64,000 bases of DNA from a virus (IMGVR_UViG_3300005259_000074:160001-224000), one strand, 5' to 3'; positions 42,117 through 52,599 are shown, numbered from the stretch's first letter. Numbers and translations are program-made. The notes: generated by a model not told the origin, from the letters alone.

Positions 42117-43476
42117 TCTTGGCAGTTTCTTCTCGTTTCTCTTCCAGATCTGTCACCCTCAAGTTGGAGTAATTGATGAAGAATTCTAGCACCTTTCCAA
42201 TCTTCCCTCCAAACCTGTTCTTGAGGACTTTCATACATATTCGTCCAGCTTCGGCGTCGCCTTCTTGTTGAAAAAGGGCCCCAATGAAGTCTGACGTGTG
42301 GTTGATGCCCGCGGACTCGCTGACGTCGGCCATTGATACTTCAGCTGTGTCGTAACCCATGCGTCCGACTTGCGAAGCTGAGATGACCGGCACGCCAAAT
42401 ATGTAGCTGAGAGCTCTGAGATCGCGGGTGACATCACCGACTTTCTCGTACATGCTCATGTTGTTGGACTTCGTGTTGGGACAGAGGAGATTGATGTAGT
42501 CTACGATTATGACGTCGGGTTTCTTACCCATCGCGACGAGTTTGTCGATGTAAGACTTTATGTGCTTGCTCGCTATGGTGTTAGGAGGATACTCCTTTAT
42601 GAACAGCTCTGCGTTCTTGTGAAAGTCTTTGAACGACAGTATCTTCTCTCTGACTTTCGGTATCTGCACCTGGATGGAATTGATGTCATTTCCCGACAGC
42701 AGCGCGTCTATCCTCTGCCCGTACACGTCTTCGCTCATCTCCAGCGTGATGATCGCTACTTTAAGGTCTTGCGCGAGATAGTTGACGGCGAGGTTCGACA
42801 TGAACATAGACTTACCTAAGCCGGGTTGGGCTAGGAATGTGACGAGACACTTTCCAGTCTTCCAGAACCCGCCGTTCGTCACGTTATCGAGGTCCGTCAA
42901 CTTCGAGAGGATCTTCGCCTCTGGATTAGCTAGGACGTTGAGGTGGCGCTCCAAGTCTTTGAAGTACTCGAATCCCAGAGATTTGTCCATGCTGATCGTC
43001 ATGACTTTGTTCATCTTGTCGATGACGCACGCGACATCTTTAGACTTCTCTATGTCATCGAGAGAGTCCATTATAGCGTAGTACATCGTCTTGTTCTTGA
43101 TGAACTCGATGAACTTGTCTTTGATGAACGTATCGTCGCCCGATAAGTCCAGTTCTAGAGAGCTGTCGAAAGTAGAAGTCAGAGTCTTGAGGTCTACTTT
43201 GAGGTCTCCAGCTCGTTTCGACAGGAGAGCTTCTAGCACAGCTCTCGAAGGCATCTTTGCGTAAGATGAGTAGAAAGACAGCAGTACTTTGACTACGTCT
43301 CCGACTCGGGAGTTCTCGTCGAAGAACCGTCTGTCGTAGTGCTCGAACAGCTTAGACGCGCAGTCTAAGTCTGTGTACACCTTCTTGAGCACTATCTGCT
43401 CGACAACTCCATCCGGAAGGGTGACATCCTTACTTATGACGGATGGGTTGTTCTTTTTCTCAGCAGGATTGACCAT
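42076..43476 (-). CDS. Replicative DnaB-type helicase (gp41-like)
   Basis: AQPGLGKS, ITLEMSE, IIVDYI, SASQVGR, KNRFG. Confidence 0.93.
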   Translation of the reverse strand: MVNPAEKKNNPSVISKDVTLPDGVVEQIVLKKVYTDLDCASKLFEHYDRRFFDENSRVGDVVKVLLSFYSSYAKMPSRAVLEALLSKRAGDLKVDLKTLTSTFDSSLELDLSGDDTFIKDKFIEFIKNKTMYYAIMDSLDDIEKSKDVACVIDKMNKVMTISMDKSLGFEYFKDLERHLNVLANPEAKILSKLTDLDNVTNGGFWKTGKCLVTFLAQPGLGKSMFMSNLAVNYLAQDLKVAIITLEMSEDVYGQRIDALLSGNDINSIQVQIPKVREKILSFKDFHKNAELFIKEYPPNTIASKHIKSYIDKLVAMGKKPDVIIVDYINLLCPNTKSNNMSMYEKVGDVTRDLRALSYIFGVPVISASQVGRMGYDTAEVSMADVSESAGINHTSDFIGALFQQEGDAEAGRICMKVLKNRFGGKIGKVLEFFINYSNLRVTDLEEKREETAKSAVDSVFDGLGSI

Positions 43477-43484
43477 GAGTTAAT

Positions 43485-44696
43485 TTACTCCACTTCGACC
43501 GTGTCGTTCTCTGTCGAAGTGGGTTCTGATGAAGGAGCGCTTTCTTCACCGCTATTCTCAGTCAGCATCTTCTCGAGGTCAGCTTTGGAGTAAGACATAT
43601 CGGCTTTCGATTTCTCGTTGAAAGCATCCAAGAACGTCGCCCATATCGCGTCGTTAGTCTCGATGTCCTTCCGACGAAGCTTGACATCTCGATAAGATGG
43701 GACTGTGTAGTACGCCCCCTCTTGCTTTATGAAACCGTATGAGATCGCAGCTTCGATCAGGCCGTCGTACTTTGCGATGCCACTGGTGAAGTCGACGTAC
43801 ATCTCAGCCTCGAAGAACGGCTTGACTATCCTGTTCTTCGCGGTGAAGAACCTGAGCATGTTGCCCTTGTACGTAGCTTCATCGCTAGCTTCTTCGGTCT
43901 TCACGAAGCGCCTGTCGCACTGGATGGATATCGTCGGGATGTATTTAGTGCCCTTGCCGCCGCCTTGCTCTTTGATCTTCGAAGGATACATCTGGTTAGT
44001 AGCGTCGTAGATGTGGTTGATGACGAGGATCGGAACATCGGACTTCATCGACGGTATAGTCAGACTCTTGAGGAGTGTGTTGCAGAGCCTCGCCCTAAGA
44101 CCCATGTCCATCACTTGCTTGTCTTTGTCGACCGCGTCAGTGTACACCTTGTTGGTGACCAGAGCGCCGAGTGAGTCGAGGATTATCATGAACTTCGAGT
44201 CTTCGTTTCCAGGTTTTGTCTTGTACTCATCTAGAGCTGACAACACTTTCAACATCTGTTGGGTGGCATTCTCAACGCTCTCGCAGAGAACGTGCTCAAT
44301 CTTATCAGGATCGAGATTGAAACCGGTCATCATGTCAACGAGACCTCCACCCTCGGAGTCGAAGTAGAATATGTGGCTGTACCCGTGTTTGTTCACCGCA
44401 TTTGCGGCGATCCTAGCGGCAATGAGGCTCTTGCCCGACGCAGACTCACCAAACAGCATAGTCACGCGGCCTGCGGGAATGCCACCGTAGATGTCTCCGC
44501 TAACGATGCGGTTGAGAGCGAAACACCCGGTGTCGACGTAGTGAGACACGTGGGAGTACTTCGCATTCTTAAAGCTTGCAGAACCTGTCTCCTTGCGGAT
44601 GCCTTTCAACAAGTCTCCTAGTCCCTTTGATGGAGCTTTCTGCTCTACTTCTGTCTTGTCTTTCTTAGCCATTTGTTCTCCTGATTTTGAGTTCAA
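43485..44696 (-). CDS. RecA-like recombinase (UvsX-like)
   Basis: GESASGKS, FDSEG, ILDSLG, GGGKG.KY. Confidence 0.92.
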   Translation of the reverse strand: MNSKSGEQMAKKDKTEVEQKAPSKGLGDLLKGIRKETGSASFKNAKYSHVSHYVDTGCFALNRIVSGDIYGGIPAGRVTMLFGESASGKSLIAARIAANAVNKHGYSHIFYFDSEGGGLVDMMTGFNLDPDKIEHVLCESVENATQQMLKVLSALDEYKTKPGNEDSKFMIILDSLGALVTNKVYTDAVDKDKQVMDMGLRARLCNTLLKSLTIPSMKSDVPILVINHIYDATNQMYPSKIKEQGGGKGTKYIPTISIQCDRRFVKTEEASDEATYKGNMLRFFTAKNRIVKPFFEAEMYVDFTSGIAKYDGLIEAAISYGFIKQEGAYYTVPSYRDVKLRRKDIETNDAIWATFLDAFNEKSKADMSYSKADLEKMLTENSGEESAPSSEPTSTENDTVEVE

Positions 44697-44718
44697 TCTT
44701 CACAGTCTAATATACATT

Positions 44719-45243
44719 TCAGATGTCTTCGATCTTATTGATGATGAGCTCTTCGCTGATCTTTGGGAATACTTCGAAAATGAACTTCATCAAACTATCT
44801 CCGTCGAACAGTCTAGGCATTTTTCCGATTGCGAAGTTCATCGTCACTTCTAGTGTTTCTTCATCATAACCACCGCGGAGGATGATGATGCTGATGTCTT
44901 TTAGAGTTCCAGTCTTAAGAGCATTCTTGTTCATCTCGCTGACAATGCTCTGTTTTATTGCTAACTTAAGACATAAGTTGAAATTTTCAAGATTGTCGCT
45001 GTCCATGTTGAAATATAAGACCGTCACTCCAGCGCTTCTTAAAGTCTCGATGAATTTTCCGATGTCATCTTGCGCTGGTTGTTTATTCACGATGGCATAA
45101 GAAGTACCAGGGAAACTAACGTAGGCGTTTCCAGAAGGAAATGTAGTGTAGCTGTTAGAGGGAACAGTTATGTAATGAGAGAATATACTACCACTAATTG
45201 CGGAAGTGGTTGTTACCGGAGAAATGTTATTCTGGAGTGCCAT
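44719..45243 (-). CDS. Hypothetical protein
   Basis: ends INKIEDI. Confidence 0.55.
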   Translation of the reverse strand: MALQNNISPVTTTSAISGSIFSHYITVPSNSYTTFPSGNAYVSFPGTSYAIVNKQPAQDDIGKFIETLRSAGVTVLYFNMDSDNLENFNLCLKLAIKQSIVSEMNKNALKTGTLKDISIIILRGGYDEETLEVTMNFAIGKMPRLFDGDSLMKFIFEVFPKISEELIINKIEDI

Positions 45244-45874
45244 CTGGTTTGTTAATCTTTCTGAGAACTCTAGTGACCTTATCTACGTTGTCGTAGCTGA
45301 GTGCTTTGTACAATCTTCTAGTCAACTCTATGTCGAACATCGCATCGTGAGACGCGTTCAACAATTCTTCGTCTGACACTTTCTCGACGATGCCGACCAT
45401 CGAAGCGACGTTGTACACAGTGATGAGCTTGAAGTTCGGCATGTCTTTTCTGATCGATTTCATGAACTCACCAGCCAGGCTCATCACATCTAGCGGAGGA
45501 GTCCATATAAATCTGCCGAAATCTGAGTCGAACTCAGTGAACAACTTACGCATGAACTCGTTGTCGAAACCGACGTTGTATCCGACCAAAAAGTACTTGT
45601 CTCTGCGGTCAGCAGAATCGAGATGACCTTTGAAAATCTTAGTTAGAGCTGCGACGGCGTCTTTCTTAGGTTGATACTTCGATAGGCTCTCGTGGGTTAT
45701 CTTAAAATTCTTTGTCACCCATTCATCGATGAACACGTCTGGACCTGGATCCATCTTGACATCGAACTTCTCCAAGATCTTATCATCTTCTTCGATTATC
45801 CCGGCGACTTGCCAAATACCACATACCGCCCTGTCTGAACCTGTCGTCTCTGTGTCTAGGTGTAAGTACTTCAT
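45227..45874 (-). CDS. DEDDh 3'-5' exonuclease
   Basis: LDTETTG, GYNVGFD, SHDAMFD. Confidence 0.9.
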   Translation of the reverse strand: MKYLHLDTETTGSDRAVCGIWQVAGIIEEDDKILEKFDVKMDPGPDVFIDEWVTKNFKITHESLSKYQPKKDAVAALTKIFKGHLDSADRRDKYFLVGYNVGFDNEFMRKLFTEFDSDFGRFIWTPPLDVMSLAGEFMKSIRKDMPNFKLITVYNVASMVGIVEKVSDEELLNASHDAMFDIELTRRLYKALSYDNVDKVTRVLRKINKPDGTPE

Positions 45875-45887
45875 CGTGTGTTCCTTG

Positions 45888-46739
45888 TCAGTTGTTGTTC
45901 CAGAGCCACTCGAAGAATTTGTCTCTGCTTATCGGCGCTTTTCCTTCAGTCATTCCCGAGATGTCCAAGAAAGGACTCCCGTCAGTGTACACTGGAGGCA
46001 TGTCAATCCTAGGTAGTTCTACGGGGATGAAAGGCTTCTCCAGCATCTTGTTCACTAGGTCAAAATCTCTCTCGTAGATGTGGAGAGACACCGCATGGTG
46101 TGTGTACGATCCCAATTCCAAATCACGATACGACGGAAGCAGCTGTTTCCGCATGACCTGCATCAGGTACAGGAAGAACGGAATGTCAAAACAAGTGCCG
46201 AGCACTGCGTCGTTAGACCTCATGATAGTCGACAAGTTCAACTTGTTGTCTCTGATGTTGAACACCGCATTGAGAGTGCACACGAAGTCTTTGACACCAG
46301 GATAAGATACTTTCGGTTTGTTGAACCTAATGATAGCTTGACGGGTGTCTTTATCGTCCACTAGACTTCTGTACGCCCAAGTCCATTCTGTCAGACCGTG
46401 TTCGTTCTTCTCGTTGAAGATCAATTTACCGTAAGCAGAATTGCAAGTTCCATCTTCGTTGGCTATCTTCTTCCAGAACTTCGAGTACTTCTCGATGAAC
46501 TCTAGGTCATTCCTCCCGGAGAAGTACCAGAGCAACTCGCCTTTCAAGTACTTCATTGGGATAGACCTGACTTCGTTCTCGAAAGAATTGCTCCAGCAGT
46601 CATCTATGTGGATGACGGCATCAGTTATCTCGCGTATCTTCATCCCTCTCGGGGATGTGACGAAATCGGGCTTGTTCATTATCTCATTCAGCGCGCATCC
46701 GTAAGCTTCCGCGAACGTCTTCCCTCTTATCTCTCTCAC
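45888..46739 (-). CDS. Thymidylate-synthase homolog of dCMP-hydroxymethylase type
   Basis: DFVCT (catalytic Cys), MRSNDAVLGTCFD with Asp at the E. coli ThyA N177 position, SLHIYERD. Confidence 0.8.
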   Translation of the reverse strand: MREIRGKTFAEAYGCALNEIMNKPDFVTSPRGMKIREITDAVIHIDDCWSNSFENEVRSIPMKYLKGELLWYFSGRNDLEFIEKYSKFWKKIANEDGTCNSAYGKLIFNEKNEHGLTEWTWAYRSLVDDKDTRQAIIRFNKPKVSYPGVKDFVCTLNAVFNIRDNKLNLSTIMRSNDAVLGTCFDIPFFLYLMQVMRKQLLPSYRDLELGSYTHHAVSLHIYERDFDLVNKMLEKPFIPVELPRIDMPPVYTDGSPFLDISGMTEGKAPISRDKFFEWLWNNN

Positions 46740-47272
46740 CAGCGTTTCTCCTCTGCTATCTGATCGAGTATCGAATCTGCTATGTCACGCGGTGAAGAAC
46801 TTAAGTCAGTTCTCACGGTGCGAAGATAGAACGGGCTGTGCTTGCAGAACACCGAGAATTTGCTCTGTAGTAGATCAATGTCTTTCACTGGAGGAGCAGT
46901 CTCGCCTCGAGATAGATGCCGCTGATGGACTATCTCCGGTTTGCACTCGACAAAGACGAGAGCGATGGGTAGAGATTTCCAGTGTTCTTCCAGACCTCGC
47001 AAATATTCTGGGTACCTATCTCTGTACTTCGGCCCGTACACGTACTCACCGGCCCATGCTCTGTCTAAGACCAAGTTGCCTTCCATGATGTTGATCATCT
47101 CGAACAGCATGTCGAACTGGCCGAACTGGAAGCCGTACTTCTCTTCGACAGAGTTTCCTTTTGGGAAGGCGAAGTGGAACTGCTTTGCGTTCAGCGATCC
47201 GATCAACTCAGAGCAGATCGAGCTCTTACCCGAGCAGTCGACTCCCTCTAACACTATAGTCCTAACAGGCAT
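46736..47272 (-). CDS. dNMP/thymidylate kinase-like
   Basis: LEGVDCSGKS, LDRAWAGEYVYG. Confidence 0.82.
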   Translation of the reverse strand: MPVRTIVLEGVDCSGKSSICSELIGSLNAKQFHFAFPKGNSVEEKYGFQFGQFDMLFEMINIMEGNLVLDRAWAGEYVYGPKYRDRYPEYLRGLEEHWKSLPIALVFVECKPEIVHQRHLSRGETAPPVKDIDLLQSKFSVFCKHSPFYLRTVRTDLSSSPRDIADSILDQIAEEKRW

Positions 47273-47318
47273 TTGAAATCCTCCAGTTCGCTAGATTAGA
47301 ATACCTCTTAGACCCATC

Positions 47319-48548
47319 TCAGAGGTGAGTGATAGGCTGAGAATCGACTATCTTGACGAACTTCTGCCCATCGAATCCCTCTACTGACTTCGTCTCGTCG
47401 TTGTACTTGACAAAAGAATAGTTCGTCATCTCACCTTCACCGCGGATGAACGGCAAGACTGCTGCGACCATGTCTCTAGCAGTGCACGTCGGTACATTCT
47501 GCGCGACCATGTTGATATTCTTGCCGTTGATCTTCACCTTAGGATTGCTGTCAACTCCTGCAAGATTCATGTCATGTGGTAGTCCCATCAAGTGCATCCA
47601 CTCTCTGACATTTATCCAGCGGTCCTTCTTAGGATGGATACCATTCCACAGCACTCGGCCTTGGACTGCGTTGATATGGGAGTTGGGGATAATTATCGTG
47701 TTATCCCAGACACCCTTTCCCTCCGCAAGTTTCATGATGAGGCGTTTGCACATCCTCAGAGTGTCTTTGTCTCCCATCTCCTCGCAAACTTTCATGAGTC
47801 CTGCGACGTAGTCAGGATTCTTGTAGATCATGCTCGTGACAGATTTGCAACCGTCGATATGGTCTCTGAAATTCTTACCGAACTGCTTGACCATCCAGTT
47901 GTAGCTTCCGGACACATCCTCGAGCTTGTCGAATCCGTGTGTGAAGTGCTTTTGGTACGTGGCATTCTTCGGAATGTCTTTCAAATAGGCGGAAAGATCC
48001 GGAGAATCGACGTTAGGCATGACGATGCTCGGGCACTTATTGCTTTTGAAGAACACGTAGAACGTGCGGTGGCGATGCTGTGGTATGCCGTGGAGATATG
48101 TGTCAGTCTTAAGCAGCATCAAAGACCTGTTGTACTTCTTAGCGATGTCCAACAGCGCATTCTGCACTTTGACTCCCGACTGGGTGAACAACCTCGGAGC
48201 GTTCTCCCCCATCGCGACAGTCGCATCGAACCTACCGAGGGCGTCTTCAGCGCTCCTGTACACCCACTTTATCGACTCGTACTCAGCCGAAGACTGAGAA
48301 TTGAGAGAGCTAAGCGCGCTACAAGGCGGGGTCATGACGATTAAATCGTATTTCTCCGATTTTGGAGCTGTCTCAGAATCCAATGACACATATGGGACGT
48401 CTTTCCAATATTCTACGAGATTCGTATCGTGTCCTTGAAATCCATCATATGAGTAGATCATATGAGGTTTTGATCCTATGGCCTTAGATGCGCCGAGGGG
48501 AAATCCTCCTATCAGTGGAATTAGTGGTGCCCATTTGATGCCCTTCAT
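47319..48548 (-). CDS. C5-cytosine methyltransferase-like protein
   Basis: PPC (IV), GENAP (VI), PQHRHR (VIII), VRE...MGLP (IX); motif I deviant (PLIGG). Confidence 0.7.
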   Translation of the reverse strand: MKGIKWAPLIPLIGGFPLGASKAIGSKPHMIYSYDGFQGHDTNLVEYWKDVPYVSLDSETAPKSEKYDLIVMTPPCSALSSLNSQSSAEYESIKWVYRSAEDALGRFDATVAMGENAPRLFTQSGVKVQNALLDIAKKYNRSLMLLKTDTYLHGIPQHRHRTFYVFFKSNKCPSIVMPNVDSPDLSAYLKDIPKNATYQKHFTHGFDKLEDVSGSYNWMVKQFGKNFRDHIDGCKSVTSMIYKNPDYVAGLMKVCEEMGDKDTLRMCKRLIMKLAEGKGVWDNTIIIPNSHINAVQGRVLWNGIHPKKDRWINVREWMHLMGLPHDMNLAGVDSNPKVKINGKNINMVAQNVPTCTARDMVAAVLPFIRGEGEMTNYSFVKYNDETKSVEGFDGQKFVKIVDSQPITHL

Positions 48549-49753
48549 TAATGCTCCTTGGTTATTGAGGCGACGGCTTTCATCACAGTGTCATCGAGAT
48601 GATCGCCGTTGAAATACTTGTCAGCCATGAGGCTGTATATGTGGTCTAATATCTTATCGTACTCATCTTTGTGAGTCTCCAGATGCTCTATCCTATCCCA
48701 CATCTCCTTAGGAGTGTTGACTCTGAGTATCTCGGGAACATCGAACAACTTATCGACATCGTACTTGGGGTGGAAGAACGGGATGATGCCGTAGTACAGC
48801 ATCTTCCAGAATTTCTGCGTCACGAATCCCGGTAGTTTCTTGAAGAACGGTGGAATGAAAGTGTACTTACTGTCCCAGAATATGAACTCGACGTTCTTTA
48901 TAGCGCACTCCTCGAATACGCCCGGCCACTTAGCCGTGAAATCTTTATCCCACTTTCCGTATATCTTCATGCCGTCACGGTGAGAAGGATCATTCAAGAG
49001 CCATTCTTCGACTATGCCTTGACGATCGCCTCCGCCGTTCAACCCCATGACGAACTTCGTAGACTTCTTCATAGTCCTGAAGTCTATCTTCGGTTCATCG
49101 AGTAAGAACACTGTCTCCACTCCGGCGTATTTGAACTTGTTCTCCGCCATGCGGTACTCTTGTGAATCGTACTTTCCTCCGGCTATCCTCCGGTTGTACT
49201 TGGTGATGTTGATCTGAGACAGGATGAATTTCTCGTCGTTCAAGATGTCTCTGGATTTCTTCGGAATATACCGGGGGTCACCATTGATGAGGAAATACGG
49301 AACTCCCGTCATGTTGAGAGTATGATATATCGGAGCTGCATACACTTCGAACATCAACAGGCACTTGGCATCGTGCAGTTCGCCCATCACAGTCTTCGTC
49401 CCGACGCCTGGGACGTTGATTCCACCTTCCGGCCCTTGGTATATGATTCCAGCATCGAACTTTATTCCAGTCTCCTGCACCTTTTTAAGCATCCAGTGGC
49501 ACAGTTCTTTCCGGCAGTCCTTGATCCCCACTGGTATGTCTTTGAACATATCTACGATGTTATCGGGGATGTCTATGCCGGACAGACGAGCTTTCTTGAT
49601 GTCAGACCTGCCGATCAAGAAGAATTTGTCCTCCGGATGTCGGCGCGCTAGCATCGTGTACAGCAGAGGAGCTTCTTCATCTCCTGCGTACATTGACCAC
49701 TTGCGTTTGTCGAAATATATCGAACGGCCGATCTTACCTATCAAGTAATTCAT
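48548..49753 (-). CDS. GT-B glycosyltransferase, T4 beta-glucosyltransferase-like C-terminus
   Basis: KFWKMLYYGIIPF...LRVNTPKEMWDRIEHL resembles the C-terminus of T4 BGT. Confidence 0.6.
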   Translation of the reverse strand: MNYLIGKIGRSIYFDKRKWSMYAGDEEAPLLYTMLARRHPEDKFFLIGRSDIKKARLSGIDIPDNIVDMFKDIPVGIKDCRKELCHWMLKKVQETGIKFDAGIIYQGPEGGINVPGVGTKTVMGELHDAKCLLMFEVYAAPIYHTLNMTGVPYFLINGDPRYIPKKSRDILNDEKFILSQINITKYNRRIAGGKYDSQEYRMAENKFKYAGVETVFLLDEPKIDFRTMKKSTKFVMGLNGGGDRQGIVEEWLLNDPSHRDGMKIYGKWDKDFTAKWPGVFEECAIKNVEFIFWDSKYTFIPPFFKKLPGFVTQKFWKMLYYGIIPFFHPKYDVDKLFDVPEILRVNTPKEMWDRIEHLETHKDEYDKILDHIYSLMADKYFNGDHLDDTVMKAVASITKEH

Positions 49754-51345
49754 ATGAGTCCATCTTTCTTCAGTAATTTTGTCAGCATGTTCTTCCCCAA
49801 ATAATACAGAAACAGGACGTAAGGCCAGTCATGCAGCGCGGCAATATTGAGGTATATGAGAGCTGTGAGGTAGTCAACCTTCTTCACGTCGTATCGGTTG
49901 CTCTTCAACCACTCGTCGAACGCCTTCTCCACTTCAACTAAACGGTGCGGTCTATCGATGTCGATGACTGCATGATTGTCATCGATATTTTTCACCATAA
50001 ATTTCCCCTCGTGCACCGATTTGTGCGGGACTATCAACCCGTGCTTGAACTTCGCGAAGTCGTAGTAAGCGTCGCCAAATTCTCTGTCACCGCAGAAATT
50101 TTGCCGCCAGTCGAGGAGACCTGGTGTCCCATCATCTTTGATGATGATGTTCTCGTTGTGAAAATCTCCGTGGAACCTCGATATGTGATAGTCATTCGTT
50201 AAGAATTTCCAAGGGACTCTGTCTAGAAGATCTTTCGTGTTGTTGCCGTTGGGATCTAAGTCATTTATGATGTCGACTTTATCAGTCATCTCGAAGTTTT
50301 TGTAGAACTCGCTAACCCTCTTGTACGTCTTGATCCTATAGAATTCATCCATGACTTTGTGTTGGTCGACACCAGTGATGCGAGGAGATCTCACATTCCA
50401 CATCTTGTCTTTGACTTCATCGAGAACTTTGATGACGTTGACGTCATTGACGACGTCGGACATGATGGTTCCCTCTATCAATTCATAGGTGTAGCAATAC
50501 TCGTTGTGGGACAGCAGTTGGGGGAGAAGTTCTATCGGAAGATTCAGCATCCTCTCGACTCTGTCGGAAATGAACTTCTTATCGACTGAGAACTTGATGA
50601 CTTTGTCATCATGAAACCAGATGGCTTCTCCGTCTTTCTCCAATATGTTATGCTCAGTGTCTCTGAACTTCTTCTTAGCGGCTTCGAGGGCCAGCACGTT
50701 TCCCGTGTCGTACCATTCTCTGATCTCAACCCCCTTAATGTTGGTCAACGACTTGAGCGCATAAGACTCACCCACAGGCACAGCTTCACTCTCATGCATG
50801 TGCTTCCAGAACAGCTGATAGTCTTTAACACCACAGAGTCCGATGTAAGCGTTGCGGGCGCCAAAAGCGTCTTTGGGATTTATAGAAGCCACGTTCCCGA
50901 CATCATCGAGTGTGATGGTCCGATACTTTGATGCATCGGATTTCGCGTCGAGAACGTAATACGCCATCCAATTGTTGCGAGTTGGATCGAAATCAATCAC
51001 ATCTTTCGCTATAGTGTCATTGGAACAGAATACGAATGGACACTGCAGTTCGCTCTCTGCTGACAAAAGGGTGTAGCCTAGGCCGGACTTAGGTCCTTCG
51101 TAGTCGTCGACTGTGACAAAAGTCTTGTTGACATGGGGGAATATCTGCTCTACTACGGCCTTAACCATGTCACCTTTGTACCCGAGTATGATGACGAACT
51201 CGTCAGCGTGAGGGAAAGACTCGATGATGTGCGCGATGACCGGGATCTGCCCGATAGTCAACAGCGCTTTATTGATGTTCTTCGAGTAGTCTCTGACCCT
51301 CGTCCCAAGACCGGCAGTCGGAATGACGACTTTATACTTACTCAA
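49750..51345 (-). CDS. Nucleotidyltransferase fused to APH/choline-kinase-like domain
   Basis: VVIPTAGLGTR...NKALL; HGDFHNENI...LLDWR. Confidence 0.85.
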   Translation of the reverse strand: MSKYKVVIPTAGLGTRVRDYSKNINKALLTIGQIPVIAHIIESFPHADEFVIILGYKGDMVKAVVEQIFPHVNKTFVTVDDYEGPKSGLGYTLLSAESELQCPFVFCSNDTIAKDVIDFDPTRNNWMAYYVLDAKSDASKYRTITLDDVGNVASINPKDAFGARNAYIGLCGVKDYQLFWKHMHESEAVPVGESYALKSLTNIKGVEIREWYDTGNVLALEAAKKKFRDTEHNILEKDGEAIWFHDDKVIKFSVDKKFISDRVERMLNLPIELLPQLLSHNEYCYTYELIEGTIMSDVVNDVNVIKVLDEVKDKMWNVRSPRITGVDQHKVMDEFYRIKTYKRVSEFYKNFEMTDKVDIINDLDPNGNNTKDLLDRVPWKFLTNDYHISRFHGDFHNENIIIKDDGTPGLLDWRQNFCGDREFGDAYYDFAKFKHGLIVPHKSVHEGKFMVKNIDDNHAVIDIDRPHRLVEVEKAFDEWLKSNRYDVKKVDYLTALIYLNIAALHDWPYVLFLYYLGKNMLTKLLKKDGLI

Positions 51346-52052
51346 AGTGCTTCTCCTATGAGTTTTCTCAAGTTGCAGATATTCTGGTGTATAGTGTTCC
51401 GTCGATCATCTCTGTTAGACGGAAGATTCTTAAAGATTGTCGAGGTCCCACACACGATGTTGTTGAATGCCATATTGGTGATGTCCTTGACAGTAGTAGG
51501 TTTCACCCCACCATCTAGCTGTATCATGTCGAGTTCTTTGCCGAAACGAGCATTCATCTCCCTACCGATAGTTATCGCGTGGAATTCGCGTGAAGTCTGG
51601 ACCAACACGCCCGGGTGTATGCCCATCATGACCAGCATGTTGATCTCGTTAGCTCCGATGACGTAATCGAGATGGTGGTAGTTGGACGTCAAGTTCATTG
51701 CGATGCCGGGTTTCTTTCCTCCAGCGCGGATCCTATCGCACAGCCGATAGGTGTTCTCCTCGTTTCCATCAAAATGGAAATTGATGTACTCGACATTAGC
51801 TATCTTAGTGAATGCATCTATGGCCAGTGTTGGTTCATCGACCATCAGGTGGACATCCATCGGGATATCAGTAGTGTCAGCGATGCGCGATGCGATTTCA
51901 GGATATATCCCGTAACGTGGGACATAGTGTCCGTCCATCACGTCAATGTGCATGTAGTCGACACCAGCGTCGACGCATGTCTTCACGTCTTCACCAAGCG
52001 TCATCGGATCCATGCATATGACTGACACTGATATGAAATTCTTGTCTATCAT
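51342..52052 (-). CDS. rpe: Ribulose-phosphate 3-epimerase
   Basis: HIDVMDGHYVP, DVHLMV, QLDGG. Confidence 0.9.
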   Translation of the reverse strand: MIDKNFISVSVICMDPMTLGEDVKTCVDAGVDYMHIDVMDGHYVPRYGIYPEIASRIADTTDIPMDVHLMVDEPTLAIDAFTKIANVEYINFHFDGNEENTYRLCDRIRAGGKKPGIAMNLTSNYHHLDYVIGANEINMLVMMGIHPGVLVQTSREFHAITIGREMNARFGKELDMIQLDGGVKPTTVKDITNMAFNNIVCGTSTIFKNLPSNRDDRRNTIHQNICNLRKLIGEAL

Positions 52053-52056
52053 CGCA

Positions 52057-52599
52057 TCACTCCAAAATTGAATGGTTGTAGCTGATCCATCTAGCATCAA
52101 GCTGAAGGTCTTTCACTATATCGTGAGCCATAGCGTCGAACAGAACGAATGTGAACTGCTCAAATGCAGTCTTCATCATCTGTTTGGACTTGAAATCACC
52201 ATAAGTGAGACACACTGAAGACAACTTTCCGATCGGTGTGTCGCTCGATGAGCACACCGATATGATCGTCGCTCCAGCATCTTTAGCCTGGGATGCCAGC
52301 AGTGCGATCGTCGGAGTAGATCCGGAAGATGAATTGACGATCACCAAATCACCGGAGCCCACTCGTGGGACTACGGTGTCGCCGATGAACGTCGCATCAT
52401 AACCGATGTGTCCCAACCTCATGATGAAAGCTCTGAGAGAGTAACCCATGCGACCTGCGCCCAGACCGACGATCTTCTTATCGATTCCTTTTCTGATCTT
52501 CAGCTCTCCGATGAAATCCTTGTATTTCACTTCATCCAACGATTCATACAATTCGGTCATCTCGTTGATAGATGTCAGGAAACTGCCTCCGGTGATCAC
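52057..52599 (-). CDS. SIS-domain sugar-phosphate isomerase (HxlB/KdsD-like)
   Basis: GLGAGRMG, DLVIVNSSSGST, FEQ. Confidence 0.85.
   Translation of the reverse strand: MITGGSFLTSINEMTELYESLDEVKYKDFIGELKIRKGIDKKIVGLGAGRMGYSLRAFIMRLGHIGYDATFIGDTVVPRVGSGDLVIVNSSSGSTPTIALLASQAKDAGATIISVCSSSDTPIGKLSSVCLTYGDFKSKQMMKTAFEQFTFVLFDAMAHDIVKDLQLDARWISYNHSILE

Noticed and set aside
1661-48344. Long antisense ORFs (1661-2557, 38467-39048, 41131-41844, 47592-48344)
   Set aside because: They are shadows of well-supported genes on the opposite strand
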